From Alphaproteobacteria bacterium (GTDB lineage: Bacteria > Pseudomonadota > Alphaproteobacteria > SHVV01), in the NCBI GenBank assembly GCA_965261735.1, contig OZ253470.1:1280001-1344000 (forward strand): a stretch of DNA of 64,000 bases, written 5' to 3'. The number at the start of each line of letters is the position of its first letter. The stretch's first letter is position 1. Made by a program: the position numbers and the translations under genes. Below, piece by piece: positions 10,321 to 18,751 of this stretch. The notes under the pieces are model-generated. The model had not been told where the DNA came from. It saw only the letters and a list, made by a program, of their open reading frames with translations, and made no database searches.

Positions 10321-10836
10321 ATGGACCAGAGCAAGATTCTCCTGGGCAAGGCCCTGTACGTGGTGCGGCTTCTGGGCTGGTTGTTGTTCTTCGGAGGTCT
10401 CGTATGGAGCGTCGTCTCATGGATTTGGGGCGGAGGCTTGAAGGAGTTGAGCACACCGGAATATGCCGCCTTCACTGCCATGTTCAGTGTGGCGTTCATT
10501 TATATGAGCTGGCATCTGCACCAGCTTTTCCGCCCATCCAATCGCTTGGGAGGTATGACCGATGAATTCACCAGCGTGCGGGTCAGTCTTGAATGGTATG
10601 TGAACCCCGGCCGAATTGGGCAGGTAGAAATAGAAGGGCGTGATGAGGAAAACGTTCGCAAACTAGCGAGAGCTTTAGACGGATTACGTATTCCCCATCC
10701 ACCTGTGACAGGGAAGGGGATCACTGCGGGCTGGCACAGATTTCTCGTCCGCCTTGGTGCTGAAGCGAGAGTTCGGAACATACGCGGCGCTCGGCGCCTA
10801 TGGGGAAAGATGCAATCGGAGGCGGGCGGTGAATAA
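10321..10836 (+). CDS. Hypothetical membrane protein, IS passenger (2 N-terminal TM plus basic soluble domain)
   Basis: 171-aa ORF, visibly more AT-rich than host genes, preceded by TTGACA-N16-TACGCT. Confidence 0.7.
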   Translation: MDQSKILLGKALYVVRLLGWLLFFGGLVWSVVSWIWGGGLKELSTPEYAAFTAMFSVAFIYMSWHLHQLFRPSNRLGGMTDEFTSVRVSLEWYVNPGRIGQVEIEGRDEENVRKLARALDGLRIPHPPVTGKGITAGWHRFLVRLGAEARVRNIRGARRLWGKMQSEAGGE

Positions 10837-10898
10837 AGACAATGCCTATCCGCCCGAGATCGCATGGCAACGCTTCGATGCGCTCTTGGACCGGATGC

Positions 10899-11753
10899 TT
10901 AGAAGCGGGCCACCAGATCGCCAAACATCGTTCCAGGCCGCTTCCGGCGGTTATAGCGATACTCAAACTCCTTCACATACTTCTGAAGGTGCTTCCCGGA
11001 CACATGAACGTGCGTCCCGCGAATCGACAGCTTCAACCGCGCCCAAAAGCCCTCAATCGAGTTCACATGGCTAGAGCTGCGCGCGTACTGGCCCGCGCTG
11101 TGGTTGACGGTCTGGTGCGTATACCCAATCGTCGCCAATCCGCTGTAAGACTTGAGTTCGTCAGTATGAACGGTGCTACCCGGCTCGACGTTCTCGGAGA
11201 TAAACGCCTGCAAAGTCCGCTTTCGAACGTTCGGGACAACGTTCGCCATCACGTCGCCGTCGCGCTCCAGCATCCCGAACACCACGGTCTTGTTCAGAGC
11301 GCCGCGACCGCGCTTGCCACCGGTCGTACGGCCACCAACATAGGTCTCGTCGGCTTCAATATCGCCGTCCAGCGGCCACTCTCCGTCAGTATTAGCCATG
11401 TGCTTGCGGATCAAATGGCCCATGCGCCAAGCCGTGGGATAGGACACGTCAAGTTGGCGCTCCAGTTCCTTCGCGGGGACGCCGTGGCGCGATGTGGTGA
11501 ACAGGACTATGGCGTAGAACCACTTGTGAAGCGGCAGATGCGTGCGGTGCATGAATGTGCCTGCGCACGGATAAATGTGGTGTTTGCAGTGCTGGCAGAG
11601 ATACGCGCGATCACGTGCCAGGCGGTAGAACTTCCCATGCGCCCCGCACTTCGGGCAGTCAATCTCGGTGCCGCCGTAACGCTTCACCATTATGTGGTGA
11701 AGGCACGCCTCGTCATCGGGAAACTGCTGCTGAAAATCGTAGAAAGTCGTCAT
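10899..11753 (-). CDS. IS1595-family (ISXO2-like) transposase
   Basis: Zn ribbon CPKC..CQHC, HTH ELERQLDVSYPTAWRM, IEADETYVGG, VHTDE, HVNSIEGFW; AGGAGG RBS; intact 284 aa. Confidence 0.95.
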   Translation of the reverse strand: MTTFYDFQQQFPDDEACLHHIMVKRYGGTEIDCPKCGAHGKFYRLARDRAYLCQHCKHHIYPCAGTFMHRTHLPLHKWFYAIVLFTTSRHGVPAKELERQLDVSYPTAWRMGHLIRKHMANTDGEWPLDGDIEADETYVGGRTTGGKRGRGALNKTVVFGMLERDGDVMANVVPNVRKRTLQAFISENVEPGSTVHTDELKSYSGLATIGYTHQTVNHSAGQYARSSSHVNSIEGFWARLKLSIRGTHVHVSGKHLQKYVKEFEYRYNRRKRPGTMFGDLVARF

Positions 11754-12527
11754 TATTTCCTCCTGTCCCCTGCATATGGGGATTGAGATGTGACGTGTCA
11801 AGTTGATAATCGCGATTGCGAATGCAAGCGAGCACCGGGTCAGGCTGCAGGTCGAGAACATGACCTGTGCGTCATGCGCGTACATCATTAAGAAAACGAT
11901 CGCGCGCATATCCGGGGTAAAGGCCATCGATGTGTCCTACGATCCTAAAGAGGCGTTGGTCACATGCGACGTCTTGTTCGAGAACAGCCAGACCGATGTC
12001 GCAGCATTGGCGAGCCCCATTAGGGGCACCGGCTACGAACCACGGGCCCTAACGGCGGCCGAGTAAGCACACGACCAAGCCGCCTCGGCAAGAGCAATTC
12101 GGGGTACACCGGAGCATGAGCCCATGACCGAGGCCGCTCGCAAGCCGGATTGGGCGGCAAGCACGCGGACGTTTCTCGTCTTCTGGGGGCTCCCCATCGC
12201 GCTGCTCATCGTAAGCGGCGCCGTGGCCAACGAGGCGGTGATGATCATCGCCTGGCCGCTGTCGCTGGGCTGGATGGGCGGCGCCTGCTTCCTCAATGCG
12301 CTGCGTTGCGGTCGCTTCCATTGCCTCATTACGGGACCCTTCTTCCTAGCTCTAGGGGTGCTCTCGCTGCTGCATGGACTCGGTATCCTGCCGCTGGGTG
12401 CGCAATGTTGGTAGCGACCGTAAATTTCCCATTTGTAACGACCCAAAATTTCTCACTTTGGGCTTGTCGCTGAAGGCGTCCCGGGCCGCTCTGTTGGCTT
12501 TGCCAACAGAGCGGGATCGGTGCGCGG

Positions 12528-13379
12528 ATGTACAAATGGGAGACCAGGATGTTGTTGAAGCACTATCTGGACCGGGGTGTCTCGAAGGCGGAGCTGTCGA
12601 GGCGGTTCGGGGTGAACCGTCGGACGATCCACAATTGGGTCGATACCGGCCAACTGGACCGGGATCTGGCGGCCGGTGCGCGAGGGTATTCGCCCCGTCC
12701 GCCGGTGGCCCACAAGCTGGACCCCTACAAGGCGATCATCGACGCCCGTCTTGAGGCGTTCCCGAAGCTGTCGGCGAAGCGGCTTTTCGATGAGGTCCGC
12801 GCTGCGGACTACCCGGGCTGCTACTCTCGCGTGAACGACTACGTGCGGGCGACGCGACCGCGCGAACCGGTTGAATCGCTGGTCCGGTTCGAGACGCCGG
12901 CGGGGCGTCAGGGCCAGGTGGACTTCGGTACGTTCACGCTGCCCTGGGGCCGGCGCCATGCCCTGGTGATCGTCCTCGGCTTCACCCGGCTGCTGTGGCT
13001 GCACTTCTATACTCGGCAGACCATGCCGGTCCTGATGGAAGGTCTGGAGAGCGCCTTCGACCGGTTCGGCGGGGTTCCGGAGGAGCTGCTGTTCGACCAG
13101 ATGCGCGCCGTGGTGCTGTCCGACGACCGCGGGGCCGGCGGCGGCCTGGTGCTGAACGAGGAGTTTCTGCGGTTCGCCGCGCACTGGGGGTTCATGCCGC
13201 GCTCGTGCCGACCCTATCGGGTCGAGCGCGACGAGCGAGCGGTGCTTCTCCCCTTGGCGAACCATCCCTATCGACGTCTCGGAGTCCGGCATGCTCCGGA
13301 GCCCGCGCCGCGGCGACTGCCGGCAACCGTGAAGGTCGAGCGGCGACCGCTTAGTGTCTATGCGGAGGCGCTGCAATGA
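12528..13379 (+). pseudogene. istA: IstA transposase with internal in-frame deletion
   Basis: HTH, RFETPAGRQGQVDF, LLFDQM; RPYR joins directly to VERDERAVLL, so the usual ..KGKVER segment and following helix region are missing. Confidence 0.8.
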
Positions 13380-14001
13380 ACGCTCCGGCGCCGGCCCGGC
13401 GCGCTCTTCGCGGCTGCCGGCTGTGAAGACGCTCGATCAGTTCGACTTCGCCTTCCAGCCCAGCATCAAGCGCGAGCAGATCGAGAGCTTGCACGAGCTC
13501 GGCTTCCTGGACCGCGGCGAGAACGTGATCCTGCTCGGCCCACCAGGCGTCGGGAAAACGCACTTGGCGATCAGCCTCGCGATCGCGGCGGCCGAGGCCG
13601 GCCGGCGCGTCTACTACGGCACGCTCGCGGCGCTGATCGAGTCCCTCACCGAGGCCAAGGCCGCCGGCAATCTGACCCGGCGGCTGCGCGTGCTCACCCA
13701 TCCGGCCCTGCTGGTGGTCGACGAGATCGGCTACCTGCCGGTCAACCAGGACGGCGCCGTGCTCTTCTTCCAGCTCATCAACGCCCGGCACGAGAGGGCG
13801 TCGACTGTGCTGACGTCGAACAAGGGTTTCGAGGACTGGGGTGGCGTGCTCGGCGACGAGGTCATGGCGGCGGCTCTCATCGACCGCCTTGTGCACCACT
13901 GCCACATCGTCAACATCCGGGGCAACAGCTACCGGATGAAGGAGCATCAGAACCTGCTGCAGTCCGGCTCGGATCGACGCAGGAAAAGAGCCGCCGCGTG
14001 A
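13376..14001 (+). pseudogene. istB: IstB AAA+ helper ATPase with N-terminal deletion/frameshift
   Basis: GPPGVGKT, LLVVDEIGY, LTSNK, DRLVHH; the ATG overlapping the istA stop (ATGA) goes out of frame near 13402 and the N-terminal domain is absent. Confidence 0.82.
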
Positions 14002-14602
14002 TCGCCGGCTCAAACGGAGACAGGAGCGGTGACACCCGCCCGCTGTGGATAACCGGGTTGTCGCCGCCAGACTCTTGGCGGTCGCTGCGCCAACCCGGTT
14101 ACCTACAGCTCGACCAAGTCCGACACCCCAAACACCGCCCGCTGGGGGTACGACCGAACGCTCAAAGTGAGAAATTTTCGATCGACAAAAGTGGGAAATT
14201 TTCAGTCGCAATTGACACGCAAGGCTGGCACTGGCTGGGCAGCTTAACAGCGGTAGGCGGCGTCAGCCTGACCTACGGTCCCGGGTGGATTTGGGGCCGC
14301 TACGTCGGAAGCAATAAGGACGCGTACAGATTGACGATACAACCCACGTCGGCCATCTCGTGCCCGGAGTGCGGCCATGTGCGGACCGAGATCATGCCGA
14401 CGGATGCCTGCCAGTTTTTCTACGAATGCGAGGGCTGCCACGTGTTGCTGAAGCCGCTGCCGGGGGACTGCTGCGTGTTCTGCTCCTTTAGGGACGTGCC
14501 CTGTCCCCCCGTTCAGGCGGCGAGCGCCAACAACACAGGCTCGGCAATCCGCCCCTGACCCGAAGCCTGACGCCGCTCGATTCCACCGGCAATCCCGTCG
14601 CG

Positions 14603-14630
14603 CTTGCGGGTATCGCACGGCGCCCTATAT
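14603..14630 (+). promoter_or_regulatory. RpoH (sigma32)-like promoter for M16 peptidase operon
   Basis: CTTG-N17-CCTATAT matches the alphaproteobacterial RpoH consensus. Confidence 0.55.
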
Positions 14631-14704
14631 TCTGACACGATGCGCCCTGCGGGCGCCGCAACCGCGTCATCCGACACGCCACCCCGCCCGGAGGCATCGG
14701 CGAC

Positions 14705-16054
14705 ATGATCGTTTCAAGCCGCGCCGGCCTCAGCGCCTGTATCGCCGCGGTGGCGTTCGCGCTGTCATGGCCGGCCGCGGCCGAGAGCCTGTGGAACGCG
14801 GAGACCTTCACGCTCGCCAACGGCATGACGGTCGTCGTCGTCCCCGACTACCGGGCGCCTGTGGTGACGCACATGGTGTGGTACCGCGTCGGCGCCGCCG
14901 ACGAGCCACGGGGCAAGACGGGCCTCGCACACTTCTTCGAACATCTAATGTTCAAGGGCACGAGCGAGGCGCCGGGCGGTACGTTCTCGAGGCTGGTGGC
15001 ACGTCACGGCGGGCGCGAGAACGCTTTCACCACCCATGACGCCACGGCCTATCACCAGACCGTGGCGCGCGATCAGCTCGAACTCATGATGCGACTCGAG
15101 GCCGATCGGATGCGCAACCTCGTACTCACCGACGAGGCCGTGGAAACCGAGCGCGAGGTCATCCTCGAGGAGCGCCGCCAGCGCATCGGCAACGAACCCG
15201 GCGCGCTGCTCGGCGAGCATATGGCGGCGGTGCTCTATCTCGCGCACCCCTACGGCAACCCCGTTATCGGCTGGGAGCACGAGATCCGGGCGCTGACGCC
15301 GGACGATATCCGCAGCTTCTACGATCAGCACTACCGGCCCAACAACGCGATCCTCGTCGTCGCCGGCGACGCCACGGCGGCGCAGGTTCGCCCGCTCGCC
15401 GAGAAGTACTATGGCGCCCTCGCGGCGCGAACCGCGGCACCCCGCTTTCGTGTCACCGAGCCCGAGCCGATTGCCGCGCGCCGCATCGAATATCGCGACC
15501 GACGCGTGCGCCAGCCGAGCTGGCGGCGTAGCTACATCGCTCCGAGCTTCCACGCCGGCGCCACCGAGCACGTCTTTGCGCTGGTGGTATTGGCCGAAAT
15601 CCTCGGCGGCGGACCGACGAGCCGGCTCTACCAGGCGCTCGTCGTGGAGCGCAAGGTTGCGGCCCATGCGGGCAGCTTCTATTCGGCGAACCGGATCGAT
15701 CTCGCGCGCATGACGCTGTTTGCGTCGCCGCTTCCGGGCGGCGGGCTCGACGAGGTTGAGGCCGCCGTCGAGGAGGTCGTCGAACGCTTTATCGCGGATG
15801 GCGTCGACGCCGCGGAACTCGCCCGCGCCAAGACGGGGCTCGTGACCTCGGCCATCTACGCGCGCGACAATCTGTCGAGCGCGGCGCGGGTCTTCGGCGG
15901 CGCCCTGGCGGTCGGGCGCACCGTTGCCGACGTCGAGGCCTGGCCCGAGCGCATCGCCGCCGTCACCGCGGCCGAGATACGCGCGGCGGCGCGCCATGTG
16001 CTGCGCCGCGAACGCTCGGTGACCGGACTCCTCCTGCCCGAGCCCGCGAGCTAG
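14705..16054 (+). CDS. M16 (pitrilysin) family Zn peptidase, catalytic subunit
   Basis: Signal peptide; HFFEHLMFKGT (HxxEH). Confidence 0.93.
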   Translation: MIVSSRAGLSACIAAVAFALSWPAAAESLWNAETFTLANGMTVVVVPDYRAPVVTHMVWYRVGAADEPRGKTGLAHFFEHLMFKGTSEAPGGTFSRLVARHGGRENAFTTHDATAYHQTVARDQLELMMRLEADRMRNLVLTDEAVETEREVILEERRQRIGNEPGALLGEHMAAVLYLAHPYGNPVIGWEHEIRALTPDDIRSFYDQHYRPNNAILVVAGDATAAQVRPLAEKYYGALAARTAAPRFRVTEPEPIAARRIEYRDRRVRQPSWRRSYIAPSFHAGATEHVFALVVLAEILGGGPTSRLYQALVVERKVAAHAGSFYSANRIDLARMTLFASPLPGGGLDEVEAAVEEVVERFIADGVDAAELARAKTGLVTSAIYARDNLSSAARVFGGALAVGRTVADVEAWPERIAAVTAAEIRAAARHVLRRERSVTGLLLPEPAS

Positions 16055-16085
16055 CGGGCGGCGGGCGGCGGGCGACGAGGGAATC

Positions 16086-17423
16086 ATGCGCACGCGCCGC
16101 CTGTTGGCCATCGTGGCCTTGGCCGTCGGCCTCCAGTCAGCGGGCGCCCCCGATGGCGCCGCGGCCACGCGGATTACCGCGCTGATCAGCCCCGGAGGCA
16201 TCAGCGCCTGGCTCGTTCACGAGCCGAGCATTCCGATCATCACTCTCGACATCGCCTTTCGCGGCGGATCGGCCCTCGATCCCTTGGGCAAGGAGGGGGT
16301 TGCTTACCTTGTCTCGGGCCTGCTCGACGAAGGCGCCGGCGACTACGATGCGCTCGCCTTCCAGCGCCGGCTCGAGGAGCTGGCCATCGGCATGGGCGCC
16401 GATTCCTACAAGGACAGCTTCCGCGTCCGCCTCAAGACGCTGAGCCGCCACCGCGACGAGGCGTTTCGCCTGCTTGGCCTCGCACTCTCGGCGCCGCGCT
16501 TCGACGAGGATGCAGTCACCCGGGTGCGCGCCCAGATCCTCAACAACCTCGCCCGCCGGGCCGAGGATCCCGACGCCATCGCCGGGCGCACCTGGTTTTC
16601 GCGCGCTTTCCCGAGCCATCCCTACGGCCGCCCCGGGCGCGGCACCAGCGAGTCGATGGCGTCGCTCGAGGCCGACGACCTCAGGCTGTTCGTGCGCCGG
16701 CGCTTCGCCCGCGACAACGTGGTTGTCGGCGCCGTCGGCGATGTGAGCCCGGAGGAGCTCGGCCGCCTGCTCGATCTCGTCTTCGGCGCGTTGCCCGCTC
16801 AGGCCGTACCGTCGCAGGTCGCCGAGACGGCCGCGGCGCGCCCCGGCGGGCTCATCGTGCGCCGCAAGCCGGTGCCCCAGAGCGTCGTCCTTTTCGGGCT
16901 TCCCGGCATCAAGCGCGACGATCCCGACTATTACGCCGCGCAGCTGATGAACTACGTCCTCGGCGGCGGCGGGTTCACCTCCCGGCTCTACGAGGAGGTA
17001 CGCGAAAAGCGCGGTCTCGCCTACTCCGTCTACAGCTTCCTGCAGCCGCTGCGCCACGCCGGCCTTCTGATGGGCGGCGCGGGCACGGCGAACGCGCGCG
17101 TCGCCGAGACGATCGCGGTCTTGCGCGCCGAGATCGCCCGCCTCGCGGCGGAAGGGATCAGCGCAGACGAGCTGGCCGACGCCAAGACTTACCTCAACGG
17201 CTCCTTCCCCCTGCGGCTGACGAGCAACGCCGCCATCGCCTCCATTCTCGTCGCCATCCAGATCAACGATCTCGGAATCGACTATATCGAACGCCGGACG
17301 GGCTACATCAACGCGGTAACCCAGGCCGATATCGTCCGGGTCGCGGAACGGCTGCTGCGGCTCGAGGACCTGCTGGTCGTCGTCGTCGGTGATCCGGAAG
17401 GGCTCGACGACGAAGGCGGTTGA
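16086..17423 (+). CDS. M16 family peptidase, non-catalytic subunit
   Basis: Signal peptide; LLDEGAG; GGGGFTSRLYEEVREKRGLAYSV; no HxxEH. Confidence 0.9.
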   Translation: MRTRRLLAIVALAVGLQSAGAPDGAAATRITALISPGGISAWLVHEPSIPIITLDIAFRGGSALDPLGKEGVAYLVSGLLDEGAGDYDALAFQRRLEELAIGMGADSYKDSFRVRLKTLSRHRDEAFRLLGLALSAPRFDEDAVTRVRAQILNNLARRAEDPDAIAGRTWFSRAFPSHPYGRPGRGTSESMASLEADDLRLFVRRRFARDNVVVGAVGDVSPEELGRLLDLVFGALPAQAVPSQVAETAAARPGGLIVRRKPVPQSVVLFGLPGIKRDDPDYYAAQLMNYVLGGGGFTSRLYEEVREKRGLAYSVYSFLQPLRHAGLLMGGAGTANARVAETIAVLRAEIARLAAEGISADELADAKTYLNGSFPLRLTSNAAIASILVAIQINDLGIDYIERRTGYINAVTQADIVRVAERLLRLEDLLVVVVGDPEGLDDEGG

Positions 17424-17449
17424 CGCGCCCGACAGCCTCAAGAGCATCG

Positions 17450-18751
17450 ATGCGCTACCGACACGAGACCGCTAACTGCCTCACCGCCGCCATCGGCCCG
17501 GCCGGACTCACGCCGGCGCTGCTCGAAGCGACGCTCGCCGAGCTCGCGCCCGCGCTCGCGCGCCTGCGCGATGAGGCGGCCAAAGGCTCGCGGCCGTATC
17601 TCGCGCTGCCGGCGGCGCGACAGGACTTACCGCGCATCCGAGAGGTCGCCCAGCGCCTGCGCGCCTTCGACGATGTCCTCGTGCTCGCGACCGGTGGCTC
17701 CAGCCTCGGCGGCCAGTCGCTCCATGCGCTCGCGGACCGCTCGGCAAGCCCGCGCCTCCACTTCCTCGACAACCTCGATGCCGAGACGCTCGCTGCGCTG
17801 CTCGGCGGGCTCGAACCCGCGCGCACCGCGTGCCTCGCCATCTCCAAGTCGGGATCGACGGTCGAGATACTGGCGCAGCTGCTCGCCTGCCTAGCCCACG
17901 CGCGCGAGGCCTTGGGGGAATCCGAGATCGGCAATCATTTCGTCTGCGTGAGCGAGCCTGGCGACAATCCCCTGCGCAACCTTGCCGCGCGATTCGGCCT
18001 CATGGTGCTCGATCACGATCCCGCACTCGGCGGGCGCTACTCGGTGTTGTCGCTGGTCGGCCTGCTGCCGGCCCTCATTGTGGGGCTCGACGCCGAAGCG
18101 GTGCGCGCCGGCGCCGCCGAGGTCCTGGCGGCGACGCTGGCGGCGAGCAATGCGGCGGCGTCCGAACCAGCGCGGGGCGCGGCCATCGCGGTCGCGCTGG
18201 CTCGCCACAGCGGTATCGCCACCAGCGTCATCTGGCCCTACAGCAACCGGCTCGCGCCGTTCGGCCTGTGGTATCGTCAGCTGTGGGCGGAGAGCCTCGG
18301 CAAGGGCGGCGCCGGAACGACGCCGGTCATGGCGCTGGGCCCCGTGGACCAGCACAGCCAGTTGCAGCTCTACCTCGACGGGCCGGCCGACAAGATGTTC
18401 ACCCTTATCACGACGGACTCGGGCGGCCGCGGCGCGCTCATCGACCCGGGACTCGCGGGCGAGAACCTCGCCTGGCTCGGCGGGCGCCGCATCGGCGACG
18501 TGATCGCGGCGGCGAACCGGGCCACGGCCGAAACCCTGGCCGAGCGCGGCCGGCCGGTGCGCACCATCGCCATCGAGGCCGCCGACGAGGGGGCGCTCGG
18601 GGCCCTGTTCATGCATTTCATGCTGGAAACGGTGCTGGCGGCCGACCTCCTGGGTGTCGATCCCTTCGACCAGCCGGCCGTGGAGGCGGGCAAGGTGCTG
18701 GCCCGCCGCTACCTCACCGAGGCGGGCGCCAGGGGGCGGGCCCCGTCGTGA
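17450..18751 (+). CDS. pgi: Glucose-6-phosphate isomerase (short type)
   Basis: [49 protein letters not shown]. Confidence 0.92.
   Translation: MRYRHETANCLTAAIGPAGLTPALLEATLAELAPALARLRDEAAKGSRPYLALPAARQDLPRIREVAQRLRAFDDVLVLATGGSSLGGQSLHALADRSASPRLHFLDNLDAETLAALLGGLEPARTACLAISKSGSTVEILAQLLACLAHAREALGESEIGNHFVCVSEPGDNPLRNLAARFGLMVLDHDPALGGRYSVLSLVGLLPALIVGLDAEAVRAGAAEVLAATLAASNAAASEPARGAAIAVALARHSGIATSVIWPYSNRLAPFGLWYRQLWAESLGKGGAGTTPVMALGPVDQHSQLQLYLDGPADKMFTLITTDSGGRGALIDPGLAGENLAWLGGRRIGDVIAAANRATAETLAERGRPVRTIAIEAADEGALGALFMHFMLETVLAADLLGVDPFDQPAVEAGKVLARRYLTEAGARGRAPS

Larger units (their letters stand above)
10274..11814 (-). mobile_element. IS1595-family element with passenger gene, 1541 bp
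   Basis: Perfect 25-bp TIR CGCGATTATCAACTTGACACGTCAC (10274-10298; reverse complement 11790-11814); 8-bp TSD ATTGCGAA (10266-10273 and 11815-11822). Confidence 0.95.
10209..12066 (+). pseudogene. merP: MerP-like periplasmic HMA protein split by IS1595 element (pieces 10209-10273 and 11823-12066)
   Basis: Removing the IS plus one TSD restores an in-frame 102-aa ORF: signal peptide MKGMPSLMAFAALLVASIPIANA then ...VENMTCASCAYIIKK. Confidence 0.88.
12406..14217 (+). mobile_element. IS21-family element, internally deleted, 1812 bp
   Basis: TG...CA termini, imperfect TIRs of about 55 bp with repeated AAATTTC(C/T)CA motifs, 5-bp TSD CGCAA (12401-12405 and 14218-14222), istA-istB inside. Confidence 0.93.
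12124..14558 (+). pseudogene. Membrane protein (NALRCGRFHC motif) plus GDCCVxC Cys-rich domain, split by IS21 element (pieces 12124-12405 and 14223-14558)
   Basis: Excision restores ...ILPLGAQ|GWHWLG... in frame through CPECGH..MPTDACQFFYECEGCHVLLKPLPGDCCVFCS..PCPPVQ; 205 aa total. Confidence 0.8.
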
